From: Candidatus Melainabacteria bacterium 17Bon1m
GTDB lineage: Bacteria; Cyanobacteriota; Vampirovibrionia; Obscuribacterales; Obscuribacteraceae
Reading direction: 5' to 3'
Assembly: GCA_032128875.1 (NCBI GenBank)
Contig: JAVLKG010000002.1
Span: 320,001 to 384,000 of the forward strand
Length of the DNA: 64,000 nt
A program made the translations under genes and the position numbers. Shown here piece after piece: positions 18,881 through 28,906 of the stretch (positions are counted from its first letter, which is position 1; the number at the start of each line of letters is the position of its first letter). The notes beneath the pieces were generated by a model. That model had not been told where the DNA came from. It saw only the letters and a list, made by a program, of their open reading frames with translations, and did not search any database.

Positions 18881-19960
18881 TCAGGTTCGCAGACGGCTAA
18901 ATCTAAGTTGTCTGACTTCGGCTGTTCCTTTAAGAATGAACTGTTTGCCCGGAACGACTTTCAGGTCGGTAAAACTGAACTGTATGTCATCTGATCTTTT
19001 ACCCCAGTTCGACAGTCCGTTCACCTTATTGACGAGTAACTTGGCAATTTCGGGGCTCAAAGCTTGGCCATTCGTGCTCACTTCGGTGTCCTGCATCTCA
19101 ACCCAGCCGTCCTTGAGACCCAGTTTTGCCTTAATCGCGACCGGAATTGGTACGCCTACCTGACCAATACCGACTTTTGTAACCAGATTCATATTTACTG
19201 AATTGGCTTTAGCCAGTTTGATGTCGCCCTGGGTAAGGCTAAAACCTATATTTCCACCCATCTGACCCAGGAGATTGGCGAGCATGCCACCCGACTTAGT
19301 GGCTGAATAGGACAGCCTGTCCAGCGTACGCGGCGAATTGATGAAGCGGTTCAGACTATCCTGAGAGATGGTCGCTGTTACTTGCGCCTGTGCTGGAGTA
19401 GTAAAGCGGAGGATCTTGTGATTGAGCAGGATGCCGGTATCGAAATTCAGATCGCCTGCGGTCGACAAAACCAAATTGTCGATGGTGAAGTCCTGGAAGG
19501 TGCCGCCATTTACAGTAATGTCGAGTTGCTTGAGTACGCCTTCATTAAGATCCAGATTGCGAGCGGTTAGGTGTAACTGTTTTGCTGCGCCGTCGAAAAA
19601 CTGGCCGTCTTCCATGTCGATATCGAGCTTGCCGAAGCGACCTGAATTGATATCAACGAATGATATCGGTGGTGCCATGATCGGCCCCTGATTGTTCAGC
19701 GCCGGCTGCCCAAGTGCCTGGTTGCCGGTTGCTTTGCCGAAGGCATCTTTGATCGCCTGTGCCGGACTGATGCCTTGCTGGGGTTGTGATTGCTGCTGTT
19801 GAACTGAATTAGCGCCCGGAAATGCTTCACCGGCATTTTGAGCCCGAGCCGTATCTATATTGAATGCGAGGGTTGCAAACGCAGCTAATGCTAATGAGAC
19901 TGCCAGAGGTCTTTTGAATCTGTTCTGTCTCGAATTCCGCGAACCGTTGCTGGAGTGCAT
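18881..19960 (-). CDS. Exported DUF2993/LmeA-like (putative lipid-binding) protein
   Basis: Signal peptide (RFKRPLAVSLALAAFATLAF...ARA), Gln-rich linker, beta-rich body with ATISQDSLNRFINSP. Confidence 0.55.
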   Translation of the reverse strand: MHSSNGSRNSRQNRFKRPLAVSLALAAFATLAFNIDTARAQNAGEAFPGANSVQQQQSQPQQGISPAQAIKDAFGKATGNQALGQPALNNQGPIMAPPISFVDINSGRFGKLDIDMEDGQFFDGAAKQLHLTARNLDLNEGVLKQLDITVNGGTFQDFTIDNLVLSTAGDLNFDTGILLNHKILRFTTPAQAQVTATISQDSLNRFINSPRTLDRLSYSATKSGGMLANLLGQMGGNIGFSLTQGDIKLAKANSVNMNLVTKVGIGQVGVPIPVAIKAKLGLKDGWVEMQDTEVSTNGQALSPEIAKLLVNKVNGLSNWGKRSDDIQFSFTDLKVVPGKQFILKGTAEVRQLRFSRLRT

Positions 19961-20153
19961 TGTTTGTTTCCCTCAAATGTTTAGGCAACTGCGCAGTAAA
20001 TGATATCTGAACGCATATCAAAAGGCGCAAGTTTGAAATCTATAGTATGCGTCTGTGTATCTATGTATCTAATTGCGTATAAGGATGTTTTCGCAAACTC
20101 GCTCAAACGCGAACATAGACTGAAAAGACAATCGATTAAAAGTTTTGTTCCGC

Positions 20154-20191
20154 AAAAGTAAAGCCACCACGAGAACTAGTCTGGTGGTGGC
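20154..20191 (-). terminator. Rho-independent terminator of the Thr-rich lipoprotein gene
   Basis: Stem GCCACCAC/GTGGTGGC followed on the minus strand by TTTACTTTT. Confidence 0.75.
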
Positions 20192-20231
20192 AAATACATT
20201 TGTTACCGGTCAACCGGAGACGATTGCAAGA

Positions 20232-20471
20232 CTACGGGGTGGTTGTGCCTGTAGTGGTGCTATCAGTCGTTGTAGCGGTTGTGGTGGTGGTAGTGGTGGT
20301 GGCGGTGCTAGCTGCATCCGGGGTGGTGGTTGCAGTTGTGGTCGCATCCGGTGTCGTGGTCGAGGTCGTGGTGCTCGTCGTCGACGTACTATCGGTGGAA
20401 CCGCCGCAAGCTGACAGGGAAGCCACTAGTACCAAACTGGCTGCTGCCAAAGCGATATTTCTGTAAGTCAT
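20232..20471 (-). CDS. Small Thr-rich (mucin-like) lipoprotein
   Basis: Signal peptide with lipobox LSA-C22; mature part is almost only T/S/A/D/P/G; AAGGAG RBS upstream and terminator downstream. Confidence 0.8.
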   Translation of the reverse strand: MTYRNIALAAASLVLVASLSACGGSTDSTSTTSTTTSTTTPDATTTATTTPDAASTATTTTTTTTATTTDSTTTGTTTP

Positions 20472-20808
20472 AAAACTGAATCGTCTCCTTTTAGCTGACT
20501 ACGTTATCTCGAGGACTCTTCAAAGGGGCAATAGTAATACATTTGCCAACCTGAAACGGCCGAATTCTAACAGGTAAATAGTAGCTGATCAAATTCAATT
20601 CGTGTGTTGTAAATTCGCTTGAAAACGCTAAATCATTTGCAGCACTGGCGTTTGCGCTGACTGCTCCGATGTCATTATTTGGAAAGAATTGTGTCGCTTG
20701 ACTTCAAACTTTATTGTCGCGAATAGATAAACTCGATGCCATTCTTTGACGCCAATTCACGTTGCCTTCCCTTGGTGCTTCTTTGATGCAATTTAACTGT
20801 TGACGTTT

Positions 20809-22374
20809 TTATTGCGTTATTAAAGAGTGCCCATTCATTTGTTCCGGCTTTTCAATGCCCATTAATTTCAATACAGTAGGCGCGACATCGGCAAGGGTTC
20901 CGTCTTCCAAATGCCATTTGTTATTTGCGGTTCCGTTCGACTTTCCGTTTTTGCCGGAAAAATCCGCCACCACAAATGGTACCGGATTGGTTGTGTGAGC
21001 CGTATGCGGCTCGCCGGTATTCAAGTCAATCATCTGCTCTACATTGCCGTGATCGGCCGTCACTAATAAGATGCCGCCGGCTTCTTGTGTCGCCTGAAGA
21101 AGCTCACCAAAAGCGCGGTCGACGGAGTCCACAGCTAATACACCAGCTTCCAAAATTCCGGTGTGCCCAACCATGTCCGGATTGGCAAAATTAAGGACAA
21201 TAAAAGGATACTCTCCACTTCTGATTGACTGGCATGCCAATTCGCAAACTTTCGGTGTTTGCATTTCCGGAGCACGATCGTAAGTCGCTACCTTGAGTGA
21301 AGGCACCAAAATCCTGCTCTCGCCTGGCTCTTCTCTCTCTCGTCCGCCATTGAAAAAATACGTGACGTGCGCATACTTTTCCGTCTCAGCAATGTGCAAC
21401 TGTTTCAAACTCTTGCACGAGAGAAGTTCTGGCAGTGTCATCGTGATATCAGATGCAGGCAGCGTTTCCGGCGAAAATGCGATGGGCAATTTCAATGAGG
21501 AATCATATTCAGTCATGCATGCGTAATAAATCTCAGGCACTACAGGACGCGGGAAATCATCGAAGTCTTTCTGCGTCATCACTCTGCTTATCTGACGCAC
21601 TCTGTCCGGGCGGAAGTTGAAGCAAATCATCGCGTCGCCGCTTTTCACTGGGCGCGGCGTAATTATTGTTGCGTCAACAAATTCGTCGCCTTTGTCTTTT
21701 TCGTATGAATTGCGCACGGCGTCTTGTGCGCTGGCTGCAGTCAGTCCTTCACCTAAGACAATTGCTCGCCAGAATTTTTCCACGCGATCCCAGCGTTTGT
21801 CCCGGTCCATCGCATAATATCTGCCGCAAACCACGCCGATTTTACCCACCCCGTGCAATTTTTCTTCAAGCTCGCGCATGAAGCGCAATGCTGATCTGGG
21901 AGGCGTGTCTCTGCCGTCCAGGATTGGATGCACGATCAATTCTTTTACGTTGCGGCGCTTGGCCAATTCGATCAGACCATCCAGATGATCTGGGCTGGAA
22001 TGAACGCATCCGTCGGATACAAGCCCGAAAACATGCAGAGCGCCGTTATGCTCCTGCGCGTATTCAATCGCATTGGTAAAGACTGGGTTGCTGAAGAATG
22101 AACCATCTTGAATTGTGCGGCTGATGATGGTCAGTTTTTGTGTTACCGACCTGCCCGAGCCGATTGTCAAATGTCCGACTTCGGAATTGCCCATCAGACC
22201 TTTCGGCAAACCTACAGCTTCGCCTGATGCATCCAGCCTGCTGTTGGGAAATTCAGTGAGCAATCGCGCGTAATTTGGCGTTTTTGCAAGCTTTACCGAA
22301 TTGCCTTTCGTTTCCGGCGAAATTCCCCAACCGTCCAAAACTAAAAGAGTTACAGGTCCCAACTTTCGCCTCAC
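20809..22374 (-). CDS. gpmI: 2,3-bisphosphoglycerate-independent phosphoglycerate mutase
   Basis: LDGWG, MGNSEVGH, LDGRDT, GRYYAMDRD, AETEKYAHVT, NFANPDMVGHTG, TADHGN. Confidence 0.97.
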   Translation of the reverse strand: MRRKLGPVTLLVLDGWGISPETKGNSVKLAKTPNYARLLTEFPNSRLDASGEAVGLPKGLMGNSEVGHLTIGSGRSVTQKLTIISRTIQDGSFFSNPVFTNAIEYAQEHNGALHVFGLVSDGCVHSSPDHLDGLIELAKRRNVKELIVHPILDGRDTPPRSALRFMRELEEKLHGVGKIGVVCGRYYAMDRDKRWDRVEKFWRAIVLGEGLTAASAQDAVRNSYEKDKGDEFVDATIITPRPVKSGDAMICFNFRPDRVRQISRVMTQKDFDDFPRPVVPEIYYACMTEYDSSLKLPIAFSPETLPASDITMTLPELLSCKSLKQLHIAETEKYAHVTYFFNGGREREEPGESRILVPSLKVATYDRAPEMQTPKVCELACQSIRSGEYPFIVLNFANPDMVGHTGILEAGVLAVDSVDRAFGELLQATQEAGGILLVTADHGNVEQMIDLNTGEPHTAHTTNPVPFVVADFSGKNGKSNGTANNKWHLEDGTLADVAPTVLKLMGIEKPEQMNGHSLITQ

Positions 22375-22596
22375 TTATTGACGAGTGCAAAGAAAAATAG
22401 CGGCATTAAGCCAATTTGGTCTTGCGCGAAGGCAAAGCCAGGCGCAGCGCTTCCGCCTAATCGTACTGCACGGACCGGCGTAAAAGTGTTATCGATAAAA
22501 TATATATGGACTCGCGGATAAGATTTATTTGTGTTTTCTGTGTATCTTTGGAAGCTGTTTGGAAGTCACAACAACTTTTGAAAAACACATAGAGCT

Positions 22597-23340
22597 ATGT
22601 CTGACGTAGCCAGTCAAGACAATACAAAATCCGGTTCTGCGACTTCTGCGTCCAACGCGGCAAACACGTCTCAGTGGATAGCGGAAGTAAGCCACGAACT
22701 GCGTTTGCCAATTGCTAACGTGAGTTTGCTGGTGGAAACGCTCCTGGACGGCGGGCTGGAAGATCCTCAAGTAGCGCGACGCATGCTTGAACGCGCCAAG
22801 CAGGAATGTGACAGGCTGCAGAGCCTCGTCAACGATTTATTGTCTGTGGAAAAGCTCTCAGAGAGCCGCGAACAGATCGCCAGAGAATGGGTAGATCTGG
22901 CAAATCGTGCGCAGTACGCGCTCGAGTCCACGCAGAAATTGGCAAAAGCCGGAGCTGTCAAAGTCAACATCAAAATCGCGCCTGGCTTTCGCGTATATGC
23001 AAATGCCCCCCAGGTCGATCAGGTTTTGCTCAATCTCTTGGAAAATGCGATTAAATTCACGCCTGAAGGCGGAGTCGTCACAATCAAATCAGGCGGCCCG
23101 GGCTGTTTTTCCGTCAGCGATACCGGCATCGGTATGCCTGAGGCGGAAATTCCCAAGATTTTTGCCCGCTTTTACAGAATCGACCGTTCTCGCGGTAAAG
23201 GTTCGACCGGTCTAGGCTTGTCTATCGTTAAGCATATTGTTGATTTACACGATGCTAAGATAAATGTTCAATCTAAAGAGGGGGAGGGCTCCACATTTTC
23301 CCTGGAGTTCCCCGGTCCACGCTTGGGCGGCGGAGGCTAG
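22597..23340 (+). CDS. phoR: PhoR-like histidine kinase with no sensor, TM or PAS domain
   Basis: SHELRLP H-box near the N-terminus, NLLENAIKFT, DTGIGM, RFYRIDRSR, TGLGLSIVKH; upstream of phoB and phoU. Confidence 0.75.
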   Translation: MSDVASQDNTKSGSATSASNAANTSQWIAEVSHELRLPIANVSLLVETLLDGGLEDPQVARRMLERAKQECDRLQSLVNDLLSVEKLSESREQIAREWVDLANRAQYALESTQKLAKAGAVKVNIKIAPGFRVYANAPQVDQVLLNLLENAIKFTPEGGVVTIKSGGPGCFSVSDTGIGMPEAEIPKIFARFYRIDRSRGKGSTGLGLSIVKHIVDLHDAKINVQSKEGEGSTFSLEFPGPRLGGGG

Positions 23341-23349
23341 GAAAAACAA

Positions 23350-24057
23350 ATGAGCAAAGCGCCCTTAAAAGTTATGTTGATTGATGATGACGAGACAATT
23401 CTCGACACTCTTCAATTTAATTTGAAGCGCCATGGTTTTGAAACCTACGCTTTCAAAAACGGCAAGCACGCGTTGGCTGAGTTTGACGAAAGAAATCCTT
23501 CGCTTGTAATCATCGATTGGATGCTTCCGGACCTGGTCGGACCAGAAATTTGCAAGCTGATTCGTGCGCGCACAACAGATGTTCCAATCTTGATGCTCAC
23601 CGGGCGCGCTCGTCCAGATGATGTTGCAGAAGGATTGTCCAGTGGTGCCGACGATTATCTGTCGAAGCCTTTCAGCGTTGTAGAGCTGATGGCGCGCATT
23701 CAGGCATTGCTGAGACGCAGCTTGAAAGATACGGCCGCCGGCAAAGGTTCTGGCAAAATAACGGTTGGTGAGTTGGTTCTCGATGATGACGCCAAATTGG
23801 TCACGCATAAAGGGAAAGCCGTTGACCTCTCGCCGAAAGAATTTTCGCTGCTCAAAGTATTGATGAAAAATGTTGGCAAAACTCTATCGACGGAGACTTT
23901 GCTCAATAAAGTTTGGGGCGCGGACTTCCAGGGCGACACAAAAACTGTCGCGGTGCATGTTCGCTGGCTCCGGCAAAAGCTTGAAGGAGACCCTAAAAAT
24001 CCAACTATATTGGAAACGGTTCATCGCTCTGGTTATCGTTTGAATGAAACCGGATAA
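23350..24057 (+). CDS. phoB: OmpR/PhoB family response regulator
   Basis: DDD, IDWMLP, GADDYLSKPF, wHTH LSPKEF...KTVAVHVRWLRQKLE...ETVHRSGY. Confidence 0.85.
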   Translation: MSKAPLKVMLIDDDETILDTLQFNLKRHGFETYAFKNGKHALAEFDERNPSLVIIDWMLPDLVGPEICKLIRARTTDVPILMLTGRARPDDVAEGLSSGADDYLSKPFSVVELMARIQALLRRSLKDTAAGKGSGKITVGELVLDDDAKLVTHKGKAVDLSPKEFSLLKVLMKNVGKTLSTETLLNKVWGADFQGDTKTVAVHVRWLRQKLEGDPKNPTILETVHRSGYRLNETG

Positions 24058-24135
24058 GGCACCGTAGGCGGTGCGCCAGGTATGGAGTTGTGAACGTAAT
24101 AGTCGAAGTTGTTCTGATTTTAGAGGAAAGAAAGA

Positions 24136-24801
24136 GTGACAGCCGAATCGATAACCTTACTGAAGGAAGACGTGCTATCTCTGGGACGAATGGTTGATAA
24201 CACCGTGGATATGGTGACCAATCTTCTCAAAAAAGATGATTCAGCTCGGCTTGAAGACGTCGAGAATCAGGAGAAGCAGATCAATGAGTGGTCGCAAGAG
24301 ATTGAAGAGAAGTGCCTTGAACTTCTTATCGAGAAGGATAATCTCAGCGCCAAAGATGTGCGAACCTTGGTAAGCTGCACGCTTATTGTGTCCAAGCTAG
24401 AGCGTCTGGGCGACCATGCCAATCGAGTTGCGCGTATAGCTTCGTGGGCGAGAGAAGAAGAAATCGAAGTTCCTGACGAGCTGCCGCAAATGAGCGCAGT
24501 TGTGCATCATATGATGCAAGACGCATTGCTCACATTTGTCACCAACGATTTGAACAAAGTCACAGAAGTACTTCAGCAAGACAGCCAGGTCAACTACCTT
24601 CACGATGTGATGTCGAAGCGTTTGCTGTCCAAGTTGGGAGAGCAAGAGCAAGCCAGTGCTCATATGGGCGCACAGTTTTTATTCTGTGCTCGATTCATTG
24701 AACGGATGGGCGATCTCTGCACTTCCGTAGCAAAGCGCGTACACTTTATAAATACGGGCAAGCGTCTTTCGTCGCGCAGTCCGGCTCCGGACAGAGGGTA
24801 G
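24136..24801 (+). CDS. phoU: Phosphate signalling protein PhoU
   Basis: Two PhoU repeats (LERLGDHA, IERMGDLC), helical. Confidence 0.88.
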   Translation: MTAESITLLKEDVLSLGRMVDNTVDMVTNLLKKDDSARLEDVENQEKQINEWSQEIEEKCLELLIEKDNLSAKDVRTLVSCTLIVSKLERLGDHANRVARIASWAREEEIEVPDELPQMSAVVHHMMQDALLTFVTNDLNKVTEVLQQDSQVNYLHDVMSKRLLSKLGEQEQASAHMGAQFLFCARFIERMGDLCTSVAKRVHFINTGKRLSSRSPAPDRG

Positions 24802-24805
24802 AGAC

Positions 24806-25861
24806 GTGCCTGTAATTGTTGTCGCCGGCGAAGAAGAATTTGAAGTATCGAGGAAGGTCGCGGACTATAAAGCGAAATTGCTCGATCCACAGTGGGCTCA
24901 ATTCAATTTTTCTCGGCTGGAAAATTGCGATTTGACTGAAATTATCGATGCCGCTGCCACATTGCCTTTCGGCATGGGCAACAAAGTTATTCTCATCGAC
25001 AGGTGTGAGCTGTTTACCAAAAAACGCGGTAAAGATAAGGACAGCAAGAAGGAAGAAGCGTCTGCTTCCAGCAAAGACAAACAGCTAGAGCAACTTACCG
25101 CCGCTTTGAAAAATGTCGCTGCCAATACCTATATAATATTTTCTTGCCCTTATAATTTCGACTCCACACTGAAGACCTCCAAGGCTGTAAAGCCCGTCTG
25201 CACGCTGGAAGAATATCCTAAAGAGAAGTATTACACCGGCTCTGAAAACCCTAAGCTGAGCACCTGGTGCAATAAGGAAGCTAAGCGGTTCGGCGCCACC
25301 ATAGACGATGCTGCAATTTATTATCTGCTGGACAGTTTTGAAGCAGATCTGAGAAGCGTTTCTGCCGAAATTCAAAAAGCGGCGGTAAGCATATTGCCCG
25401 CAACGCACATAACTCAGGCTACAGTTGTTTCTCTCAGCCCCCACCATTCGCACGTTTTCACTCTTGCAGAAGAATGGATAAGTGGAAAAACAGGACAAGC
25501 GCTCGTCAGCTGTCAGGAAATCTTGTCTCGCCAGAGCGGCATGCCTGTGATTGCGCTTTTGCAGACATTCCTCAGTAAGTGGATTCACATGCGGGCGCTG
25601 GTTGACAGTATCAATTCGTCCTTGCCAGGTGGACCCGGTCTTAACCGGCGCGAGTTGCCGATGTCCGACATGGCAAAGAGAATTGCCACTGAATTAGGAC
25701 AACGCTCGACATTTATTGTCGAGCGCGATTTGCGCAACATCGCCAAACATTCTCTCGATTCGCTGGTTGCGAAGCGCGAGCGTTTGACGCAAATCGAATA
25801 TCTTGTGAAAACCGGTCAAATGCCGGAATCACAAGCACTAGAATCTTTCATTGCCAGTTAA
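24806..25861 (+). CDS. holA: DNA polymerase III delta subunit
   Basis: GEEEF N-terminus, TLPFGMG, IDDAAIYYLL, AEIQKA, VFTLAE, KTG C-terminus. Confidence 0.8.
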   Translation: MPVIVVAGEEEFEVSRKVADYKAKLLDPQWAQFNFSRLENCDLTEIIDAAATLPFGMGNKVILIDRCELFTKKRGKDKDSKKEEASASSKDKQLEQLTAALKNVAANTYIIFSCPYNFDSTLKTSKAVKPVCTLEEYPKEKYYTGSENPKLSTWCNKEAKRFGATIDDAAIYYLLDSFEADLRSVSAEIQKAAVSILPATHITQATVVSLSPHHSHVFTLAEEWISGKTGQALVSCQEILSRQSGMPVIALLQTFLSKWIHMRALVDSINSSLPGGPGLNRRELPMSDMAKRIATELGQRSTFIVERDLRNIAKHSLDSLVAKRERLTQIEYLVKTGQMPESQALESFIAS

Positions 25862-25935
25862 AACAGTAGCAACTGACGATTGTCATCGAAAGTTCATCAA
25901 TAGAAACTCGAAACACAAGGGAGCCGAAAAAAAGC

Positions 25936-26649
25936 ATGCATGGCGAAAGATATGACGTCGATGAAATGACCTCCCGCGACATGTGGCGGATTTTTCGCAT
26001 CATGTCCGAATTGGTGGAAGGCTTTGATGAATTGTCTAAGATACCGCCGGCGGTGTCCATTTTCGGAAGTAAAAACAGCAAGCCAGGCGACAAAGAGTAT
26101 GAATTGTGTCGAACAATCGCGCAAAAGCTTGCCGAAAGAAACTTTGCCGTAATTACTGGCGGCGGACCGGGCATCATGGAAGCCGGTAATAAAGGCGCTT
26201 TTGAAGCGGGTGGCGTCTCCGTAGGTCTGGGTATCGATATTCCTGGTGAAGGGAAAGACAATCGGTTTCAGACCGTGCCTCTCAACTTTCACTACTTTTT
26301 TGTTCGCAAGGTGATGTTTGTCAAATACGCCGTCGCCTTCATCATGATGCCGGGTGGGCTTGGTTCTCTCGACGAACTCTTTGAAGCCGCCACATTGATG
26401 CAGACAGGAAAAATCAAACGATTTCCTCTCTACCTTGTCGGTAGTGACTTCTGGAAGCCCATGATGGATTGGCTTAGCGGCCCGGTGCTTGCCAAAGGTT
26501 TTGTCAAACAACAAGATCTTGAATTGATGACAATCATTGATGATGTCGATGAATTGATAGAGGCTATTTCGTACTGCAGAATTGATTTAGAACCGGGTGT
26601 GAAAGCTATGCCGGTAAATCCTCCGGCGCCGCCTCAAAAATCGCTTTAG
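25936..26649 (+). CDS. LOG family nucleotide-binding protein (TIGR00730-like)
   Basis: VSIFGS, ITGGGPGIMEAGNKGA, FFVRKVMFVKYA, PGGLGSLDELFE. Confidence 0.9.
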   Translation: MHGERYDVDEMTSRDMWRIFRIMSELVEGFDELSKIPPAVSIFGSKNSKPGDKEYELCRTIAQKLAERNFAVITGGGPGIMEAGNKGAFEAGGVSVGLGIDIPGEGKDNRFQTVPLNFHYFFVRKVMFVKYAVAFIMMPGGLGSLDELFEAATLMQTGKIKRFPLYLVGSDFWKPMMDWLSGPVLAKGFVKQQDLELMTIIDDVDELIEAISYCRIDLEPGVKAMPVNPPAPPQKSL

Positions 26650-26855
26650 CGCGCATTTATTAAAACCATCTCTATAAAGCTTGCACTTTGCTACTCGCCT
26701 AATTAAGGAATGTGGTAAAAGTTGGTGCCTTTAAGGATCTTCCAAATATAATCCGCTATTGAGCCACTTTTCAGAGGCCCGCACTTCCGGCAACGGAAAA
26801 CGAAAAAGTTTGCGCCTCTGATTGAAGTGTCTGAGTAAAGTTGGGAGGAAGGTCC

Positions 26856-27638
26856 TTGAAGATTGCTGTTTGCGTAAAAGCGGTTCCTGATACGGATGCC
26901 AAGATCGCCATAGCCGGCGATAAGAAGAACATCGATTTCGCTGGTGTTCGCATCATCACAAGCCCGTACGATGAGTTTGCTATTGAAGAAGCACTCAAGT
27001 TGAAAGAGAAGCATGGTGGCGAAACGACAGTTTTCTCTGTCGGTGGAGCTGAAGCTACAGATGTTTTGCGCGATAGCTTGGCACGCGGTATCGATACTGC
27101 GGTACATATCCAAGATGAAGAATTCGCCAATCTCGGACCGCTCGGCACTGCTAAGGTTTTGGCAGCAGCCATCAAAGACGGTGGATTTGACGCCATCTTC
27201 TGCGGTCAGCAAGGCGTAGGCGGTGACAATAACCAGGTCCCCGCAATGCTTGCAGAGTTGCTCAATTTGCCGCAGGCAACAATCATCGTCAAATTGGAAA
27301 TTGACGGCAACAAATTCAAAGCTGAAAGAGAAATCGAAGGCGCTCACGAATTCGTCGAAGGAAGCCTGCCGGCTGTATTCAGCACACAGAAAGGTTTGAA
27401 TGAGCCTCGTTACCCCTCAATCAAAGGTGTGATGGCTGCCCGCCGTAAAGAAATCGCAGTGAAAAACGCAGAAGCCCTCGGCATCAAAGGCAAGTTCGCT
27501 GCCGAAAATCGCAAGATCAAAGTCAAAGAGATGATGCTGCCGAAAGAAAGACCGGTTGGCCGCAAGCTAGATGGCGATGTAGATGCGCAGGTCAAACAAC
27601 TGCTCGATCTTTTGAGAACAGAAGCGCGAGTTATCTAG
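26856..27638 (+). CDS. etfB: Electron transfer flavoprotein beta subunit
   Basis: KIAVCVKAVPD, PYDEFAIEEAL, NEPRYPS; GGAGG upstream of TTG 26856. Confidence 0.93.
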   Translation: MKIAVCVKAVPDTDAKIAIAGDKKNIDFAGVRIITSPYDEFAIEEALKLKEKHGGETTVFSVGGAEATDVLRDSLARGIDTAVHIQDEEFANLGPLGTAKVLAAAIKDGGFDAIFCGQQGVGGDNNQVPAMLAELLNLPQATIIVKLEIDGNKFKAEREIEGAHEFVEGSLPAVFSTQKGLNEPRYPSIKGVMAARRKEIAVKNAEALGIKGKFAAENRKIKVKEMMLPKERPVGRKLDGDVDAQVKQLLDLLRTEARVI

Positions 27639-27712
27639 CGCAATTTGGGTGACTGTAATGGTCACTTCACAACGGGTTTTCTTACAGAAAAGTTTTTTCA
27701 GGAGAAAGAGAG

Positions 27713-28693
27713 ATGGCAGAGGGAATTCTAGTTTTCATCGAACAGCGCAATGGACAAATTCGCAAAGCGAGTTTGGAAGCGCTTTCTGAAGCATATCGCC
27801 AAATATCCACGGTAGGCGGCAACGTCACCGCGCTTATCGTCGGCAAAGATGTAAAAACATTGGCAGGCAATCTGCCGAAGTATCATCCGCATAAAGTCCT
27901 CGTGGCTGACAGTGCCGACCTCGAAAATTACTCGACCGAAGGTTATGCAGCCGCTCTGGTTGAAGGCATCAAAAGCGTTTCGCCGAAGTACGTATTTGCG
28001 GCCAACACCAACATGGCCAAAGATTTGATACCACGCGTAGCGGCACGCCAAGATGCACCATGTGTATCCGACGTTACCGAGTTCGAGATCGAAGGCAATA
28101 ACTTGCAGCCCAAGCGCCCTCAATACTCTGGCAAAGCATACACAGTGTATGAGTTCAACTCAGACTTGGCTTTCATGACTTTGAGACCGAACGTTTTTGC
28201 TGTTCAAGAAAGCAGCAACAACGTCAACTGCCCAATCGAAGATCTCGCAGTAAGCGTCGGCGACGTAAGAGCCAAAGTCACTGAAACCCACGCTTCAGCT
28301 GGCAACAAAATTGAACTCAGCGAAGCTTCAATTGTTGTAGCCGGTGGACGTGGAATCAAAGGACCGGAAAATTGGCCTGTTCTGCAAAATCTCTGCGATT
28401 CGCTCGGAGCCGCTTTGGGTGCATCGAGAGCTGTTGTTGACGCTGGTTGGATCGACCACCAGCATCAAGTCGGACAAACCGGTAAGACGGTCAGCCCGCA
28501 GCTCTACATCGCTTGCGGAATCTCAGGTGCCATTCAGCACTTGGCCGGAATGAATTCTTCGAAAGTAATTGTTGCCATCAACAACAATCCGGACGCTGAA
28601 ATCTTCAAGCATGCCACTTATGGCATTGTCGGAGATTGCCTCGAAGTCGTTCCGAAACTGACCGAAGAAATCAAAAAACTGAACGCTAACTAA
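27713..28693 (+). CDS. etfA: Electron transfer flavoprotein alpha subunit
   Basis: VVAGGRG, GASRAVVDAGW, QVGQTGKTV, GISGAIQHLAGM. Confidence 0.95.
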   Translation: MAEGILVFIEQRNGQIRKASLEALSEAYRQISTVGGNVTALIVGKDVKTLAGNLPKYHPHKVLVADSADLENYSTEGYAAALVEGIKSVSPKYVFAANTNMAKDLIPRVAARQDAPCVSDVTEFEIEGNNLQPKRPQYSGKAYTVYEFNSDLAFMTLRPNVFAVQESSNNVNCPIEDLAVSVGDVRAKVTETHASAGNKIELSEASIVVAGGRGIKGPENWPVLQNLCDSLGAALGASRAVVDAGWIDHQHQVGQTGKTVSPQLYIACGISGAIQHLAGMNSSKVIVAINNNPDAEIFKHATYGIVGDCLEVVPKLTEEIKKLNAN

Positions 28694-28717
28694 TATCAGC
28701 GCAGGCGTGAATTTTTT

Positions 28718-28754
28718 ATGCCCCTTCCTGTTACAGGAAGGGGCATTTTTCTTC
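28718..28754 (+). terminator. Rho-independent terminator after etfBA
   Basis: 13-bp perfect stem ATGCCCCTTCCTG/CAGGAAGGGGCAT followed by a T-tract. Confidence 0.88.
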
Positions 28755-28906
28755 TGATCCCAAGATAGAGCACCCGTTTGCCTTTTGCGCTATGAGATCA
28801 ATTACAGGTAGTCAACAGAGTTTGTTGTTATTATGCGCGCGGGACTAAGTGAAAAATTCGTTTTCTGGTTGACAACTATTCAATCAACCGTGGCGCCACC
28901 GATTGC

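Noticed and set aside
20145-20466. Plus-strand Gly/Cys-rich and poly-Val ORFs (RiPP-like look)
   Set aside because: Antisense readings of the Thr-repeat lipoprotein, which has the RBS, lipobox and terminator
24059-24074. Hairpin between phoB and phoU as a terminator
   Set aside because: 6-bp stem without a U-tract
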